Source of the DNA: Eledone cirrhosa
Lineage: Eukaryota
Direction of reading: 5' to 3'
Assembly: GCA_964016885.1 (NCBI GenBank)
Contig: OZ024741.1
Location: forward strand, 60,574,001 to 60,638,000
DNA length: 64,000 nucleotides
How positions within the stretch are numbered: the first letter of the stretch is position 1; each line of letters begins with the position of its first letter. The notes under the pieces were generated by a model, which was not told the DNA's origin, ran no database searches, and saw only the letters and a program-made list of their open reading frames with translations. Shown here piece by piece: positions 58,437 to 64,000 of the stretch. The position numbers were made by a program, and so were the translations under genes.

Positions 58437-60160
58437 TAAACATATAATGCACACATGTACATACATAAGCACAGACACGTGCATGTGTGCGTGTATCTAT
58501 TGATATTTGTGTAGTAAGAATAAAAACGAGCACTCGACTTTGAAAGGATAAAGGTAAAGTCACCTTTGACTGGACGTGAATTCGGAGCGCGGAGAACCGT
58601 AACGGATATCCCATAGCATTCTATACAATATTCTAATATCCAATGTTCGAACTTGGAATATTTTTCTTAAAATTTTTTTCTCTCAATCACCCAACTACAA
58701 TCTTTTTAAAAAAACATATTTTGTCCTCAATTTTATTCTATGTTCTTGGAGGCAGCATGACCCAGTGGTTAAAATGTCTGCGCCACAATCATTAGTTCCT
58801 GGGCATGACCCCACTATATGACACCTTGTACAATGGTCATTTACAATAGTTACCGATCGAACAATGCTACATTAGGGAAATTTGGAATCCCGTCGGATGA
58901 TATGTACCTGTAATTTAAAGAGCCAGCTTTATCACACATTGTATTGCAGTGAATCTTCCGAGGATTACGTTAAGTGTACACCTATCTGTGGAATAAGCTG
59001 CGAATTGGCAAAGTCATTAGGACGTCGGATTAAATATTCTATGGTATTCTCGGAGTTCAAATCCCGCAGAGGTCAACTTTACCTTTCCTCCTTTCTAGTT
59101 CGATAAAAAAAGTACCAGTCTAGGACTGGGGTCAATTCCTCATCTATATCTCTTTCTCATTTCCTCTCTCTCATTTTCTATCTTTTTCTGGAAGAAATCT
59201 GATGTATTCAAGCAAGGAGGGGGATGGGCTCCACTAGGCTTAAAATACCCAAGAAACGCCGTATGTCAATACGGCGACCCTACGACTCTATCAGAAATTA
59301 CGGGACCATACATACATCTGTGGAATACTCGTCCATTTACACGTTAGCTTCATGAATAACCTTAATCGAGGAATTGGAACACCCATTGTCGAAAGCGAAA
59401 GTGTTCCATTCCTTCCACCCTTTTCCTTTTACTTCATTTATAATATTTTATGATTTATGATTGATCATTCTGCACATTTATGTCCATTTTATTCTTTGTA
59501 AGAGATTCAATAAATTGAGTATCCAAAACATATGAAAGGAAATATAAACTAACATTTGAGAGCCAACCATATAATTCTGTGTATTTCCTATCGTATCACA
59601 TTGATTGCAATAGTTCGTCCTCCAATACGGCTTCGCTCACTTCCCCTCCTTCCCTCTCTCTCTTCCCCCTCCCTCTCTCTTTTTGTCTCTCCCCCCTCTC
59701 CCTCTCTCTCTCTTTCTGTCTCTCTCATACACTTCACAATTACCTCAAATATTGTACACGTTTGAACAATCCAAGGATATTTATATTCTGTGTTAGTTGT
59801 ATTATATATTGACTTACAACAATAATAACCAATACAAAAATGTAGTTTTTCAAAACGACATTAAGGTTTCTCACTTGAAAGCAGCAGCAACATTGACTAT
59901 GTAATTACAAAACACTCCAATATACAGCGCATCATTGGACAATGCTCTCATGTTAGCTATATACATCTATCCTTCTCTCCGTAATTACTGTTATTCAGTT
60001 ATATCTTACCTATATATTTGTGTCACTAAATACATATTCACCTGTAGACATTGATATAACCACATAAAAAAAGACGTCTATTGATGTCACAAATAAAGCA
60101 CAAAACAGCATTCAAACATATTCTATTAGTCCTAGCTACTCTCATTATTACCACCGCAAA

Positions 60161-60346
60161 AGGGCGGTGAACTAGCACTATCGGTACAGGGTCGGACGCC
60201 ATGCTTTTCAGCATAGTTACGTCCCTTTACGGTCTGAAGTCAAATCCCATCGAGGTCAACTTTGCCTTTCATCCTTATGGGGTCGATAAAATAAAGTACC
60301 AGTAATGCACTGGGTAATTGCTGGCCTTGTGCCAAAAGTAGAAACA
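60161..60346 (+). mobile_element. SINE family A, full length, with 17-bp TSD
   Basis: TSD ATTATTACCACCGCAAA on both sides. Confidence 0.9.
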
Positions 60347-60364
60347 ATTATTACCACCGCAAAT

Positions 60365-60620
60365 GTAGTATAGCCGAATGGTTAAAAATTTGGCTTCGCA
60401 ATCATTCGGTAATGAATTTGATCCAACTGCGTGGCATCTTAGGCAAGTGTCCTTTTTATAGTCTCGAGTCGATCCATGCCTTATGAGTGAAATTGGGTTG
60501 ATGGATACTGTGTAGAAGCCCGTTAGTTGGGCTTTACAAGTAGTTCGTAGGGTCAGCTGTGTCACGCTGAATGTCCCTGAGAATGATGTTAAAGATACAA
60601 CTATCTGTGAAATACTCAGC
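60365..60620 (+). mobile_element. Diverged SINE family B
   Basis: tRNA-like head TAGCCGAATGGTTAA...GATCCAACTGCGTGGCATCTTAGGCAAGTGTC. Related copies lie at about 58750 and 61395, and boundaries are approximate. Confidence 0.55.
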
Positions 60621-60831
60621 CACCTACACTGGTAGATTAACTGTATTTTGTCTCACACTGTGTCATGCTGAATCTCCTAGAGAATTTTCGCTAAGAGTAT
60701 ACGTGTCTCCTAAATATTCAATTATTTATACGTTGATATTGCGATCGAACAGATGGATGGAGCACACAACGTCGAAACAAATCAAGGTCCATCAAATAGT
60801 CATAGTTAATATCATTATTACAACAAAGACA

Positions 60832-61050
60832 AAGGCAGTAGATTCACAGTATCGGTAGAGCATCGGACAACATGCTTAATGACATAGAGTTACGGCCTTT
60901 TACGGTCTGAGTTCAAATCTCGCCGAGATTAGCTGAACCTTTCATCCTTACGGGGTCGATAAATAAAGCACCAGGAATGCACTGAGGTGATTTTATCGTC
61001 TTTCCCCTTCTCAAAAATGGTTGGCCTTGTGCCTAAATTAGAAACCATTA
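60832..61050 (+). mobile_element. Longer, diverged SINE family A variant
   Basis: CAGTATCGGTAGAGCATCGGAC...GAGTTCAAATCTCGCCGAG...GGCCTTGTGCCTAAATTAGAAAC, flanked by CATTATTACAACAAA. Further decayed copies lie at about 59000-59130 and 61075-61230. Confidence 0.75.
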
Positions 61051-61538
61051 TTACAACAAAAATAAGGATTAAGAATATTCTAAACCATTAGAGCATTCGA
61101 CAGAGTGCTTTTTAGCATTTAGTTATGGCCCTTTACGCACTGTCTTCAAATCCCACTGAGGTCAAATTTGCATTTCCTCCCTTCGGTTTGAGGAAATAGA
61201 GCAAAATAAGGTGCTAGGGTCGATATAATGGACTTATCCAAATGTTAGAGATCATTATTAAACAAGAACATAATATTCAGTGTCATATATTTCTTTATTT
61301 AGAAAGTGAAGATTTTTTTTCAGCAAAAGTAAATAATACACAAAGGCATGAATTTGCCAGCAAACTATACATGTAATAACTCAACATGCTTGTGTTTAAA
61401 GAAATCGTTTCGTAAACATATAGTTGTGAACTCAGTTCTGCTGCCTAGAACATTGGTCATGTGTCTTAATATAACCTCGAGTTGATGAATGCCCATTGTG
61501 TTAAAATTTGATAGACGGAAACTGCAAACCCCTTCCGT

Positions 61539-61620
<82 letters not shown>

Positions 61621-61991
61621 GTATAACACCTTCAACTCTGATATAACACCTGCAACTCTGATGGTATCCAATGATGTTGACTTGTTCTTCTTTTTGGTAA
61701 ATATCATCTTGGTTAAGAGAGTGGGACTAGCTTTGTGCAGTGCCTTTGCTCACTATAAAAGCTTCACGGCACAGGCATTGCTTTATATCTGGAGATCTCT
61801 CTTCACTTGTCGTCACATGATACCATGGGCCCAGCACTATGTGTCAATAATTGTCACAGGTGTAGTGTTTGTACCAGAGTTTTCAAGTCGCTGGCTGGAC
61901 TAAAAAGTCACATTCGTTCAGCGCATCAGTAGGGGTTCTCCTACATGGATATAAAGTAGTGGCCGTACTCGAAATCGAGTTGGCAGCCACC

Positions 61992-62006
61992 ATATATATG
62001 TATATA

Positions 62007-62099
<93 letters not shown>

Positions 62100-62188
62100 G
62101 TATGTATATATATATGTATATATATATATATATATGTATGTATATATATATATATATATGTATGTATATATATATATATATATGTATG

Positions 62189-62219
<31 letters not shown>

Positions 62220-62420
62220 ATATATGTATATATATATATATGTATATATATATGTATATATATATGTATATATATATGTATATATGTATATATATGTATA
62301 TATATATATATGTATATATATGTATATATATGTATATATATATGTATATATATGTGTGTGTATATATATATGTATATATATGTATATAAATATATGTATA
62401 TATATATATATATATACATG

Positions 62421-62475
<55 letters not shown>

Positions 62476-62527
62476 GTTTATATATATGTATATATATATG
62501 TATATATATATATGTATATATATATTA

Positions 62528-62595
<68 letters not shown>

Positions 62596-62865
62596 GTTTA
62601 TATATATGTATATATATATGTATATATATATATGTATATATATATTAATATATATATATGTATATATATATATATATGTATAAATATATATATATATATA
62701 AATGTATAAATATATATATATATATAAATGTATATGTATATATATATATATATATACAGTATACATACATATAAATATATACAGAGAGAGAGAGAAAGAG
62801 AGAGAGAGGGAGAGAGGGAGAGAGAGAGAGAGAAAGAGAGAGAGAGGGGGGGAGAGAGAGAGAGT
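61992..62865. repeat. Long compound (TA)n/(TATG)n microsatellite followed by (GA)n
   Basis: Seen directly. Similar compound tracts lie at 45330-45780, 46600-47735, 49000-49650 and 55600-56236. Confidence 0.95.
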
Positions 62866-63357
62866 CACAGAAAGCCGTAATAGAATATTTAAGTAAAAGA
62901 TATATTTGCCATATGAAATATAAATGAAATTATCCAGAGGTTTCCGCCTTGTGACCAAAAGCAATTTTCAACATGTCTTCTCTTGAGTAACACAGCATAT
63001 TTCCATAAAATATTCAAACGCTGTGTGATATCGTTCCTTTGACAATAATAGACCAGCTATTATTTTATTTTTCCTTCTTGATGTGTATTTTATATATTAA
63101 ATGTTAATAACATATGTTTGATATTGTGTATTTTGTAAAGATTGGCGAGAATATTATCACAAAATATTATTCTTTTCTTGTTTACTACATTATTTTTCGA
63201 TTGTAGAATATTATCTATACTACTAATGTTTCGTTATCACGTTTCCATTTCCATTCTCAACAGGTAATTTATAATCCAAAAATGAGATAAATACAAAAAA
63301 ATGATATTGAGATTCAACTTCGAGTCAATAAGATTCCAAGGACTTCAGCCGCATGAT

Positions 63358-63412
<55 letters not shown>

Positions 63413-63456
63413 AGAAGAAGTTTATGAAATGGAAATGCGGGTATACAGAATTTATT

Positions 63457-63682
63457 AGGTAACAATTGTTTCTATAGTGTATGGGTTACCTATACCTCAC
63501 TATTTGAATAATATAATTGTTTCTACTTTTGGCACAAGGCCAGCAATTATCCAGTGCATTACTGGTACTTTATTTTATCGACCCCGTAAGGATGAAAGGC
63601 AAAGTCAACCTCGGCGATAATATAAAAATATTATCATAAACCGAAGGTACACTGTAAGCAAACACACCATGTCGTCAGACCT
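63457..63682 (-). ncRNA. Type I hammerhead with long stem II, interrupted by a SINE
   Basis: Minus strand AGGT CTGACGA CATGGTGTGT...ATACACTATA GAAA CAATT GTT ACCT. Stem I is AGGU/ACCU and stem III is the palindrome ACAAUUGU. Confidence 0.65.
63515..63617 (-). mobile_element. 5'-truncated SINE family A inserted in the hammerhead stem II apex
   Basis: Matches the 3' half of the family A copies and is flanked by ATAATATA on both sides. Confidence 0.85.
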
Positions 63683-64000
63683 TTGTATTGGAATGATATG
63701 AAAATATTTTATACACTAGATAAAAGATAAAGAAGGAGGTAGGAAGAGAAGGGGAAGAGGGAAGTGAGTAAGGTGGAGGGAGTCTTAGGATTTAAGACTG
63801 TCAGACTAGTAGAGATTGTAAGGAGAGAATGTTTTGGCAGCAGTTAGCTTAATGAGGCGTGTTAGGGTTGGCGGGGGAGTTAAATTCTTCTAGTGGTGTT
63901 GTTCGGACAAAATTTAGTTAAAGAGGTCAAAGTGGTACAGTGTCACAGACAAGTTATTGGGGCTATTATAGTAGCAGGTTATTTCTAAAGGGGTCCAGAA

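Larger units (their letters stand above)
63411..64000 (-). mobile_element. Probable 3' end of another decayed PLE, ending at (TA)n
   Basis: On the minus strand a hammerhead is followed by AATAAA, a ~45-bp tail and (TA)n. The upstream region is C-rich, and no intact ORF is visible. Confidence 0.55.

Noticed and set aside
61619-61990. Higher-complexity segment with a 94-aa ORF
   Set aside because: No recognisable domain or clear splice context. It is possibly a decayed TE fragment, but this cannot be supported without a search.

Overview
Eukaryotic, AT-rich, gene-free repetitive DNA. The SINE families and (TA)n density suggest an octopus-like cephalopod, which is an inference. No host gene is supportable, and nearly all short ORFs in the track are microsatellite artefacts. 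Positions 1-38074, plus a remnant at 42313-42489, are a tandem array of about 72 (hand count) ~460-560 bp units. On the minus strand each unit carries a type I hammerhead ribozyme motif: CGGUG-CUGAUGA-stem II-GAAA-palindromic ACUAGU-GUA^CAUCG, on a long extended stem I. Each unit also has an octamer motif, a (TA)n tract and near-continuous hairpins, so the array looks like a retrozyme / self-cleaving satellite. It has higher-order periodicity in which intact and core-mutated ribozymes alternate. Two Penelope-like retroelements (PLEs) sit in (TA)n tracts of array units, one with an uninterrupted 760-codon RT + GIY-YIG ORF. The remaining 21 kb holds more PLE copies and miniature inverted PLE footprints with their own hammerheads, tRNA-derived SINEs, a large foldback element and microsatellites.
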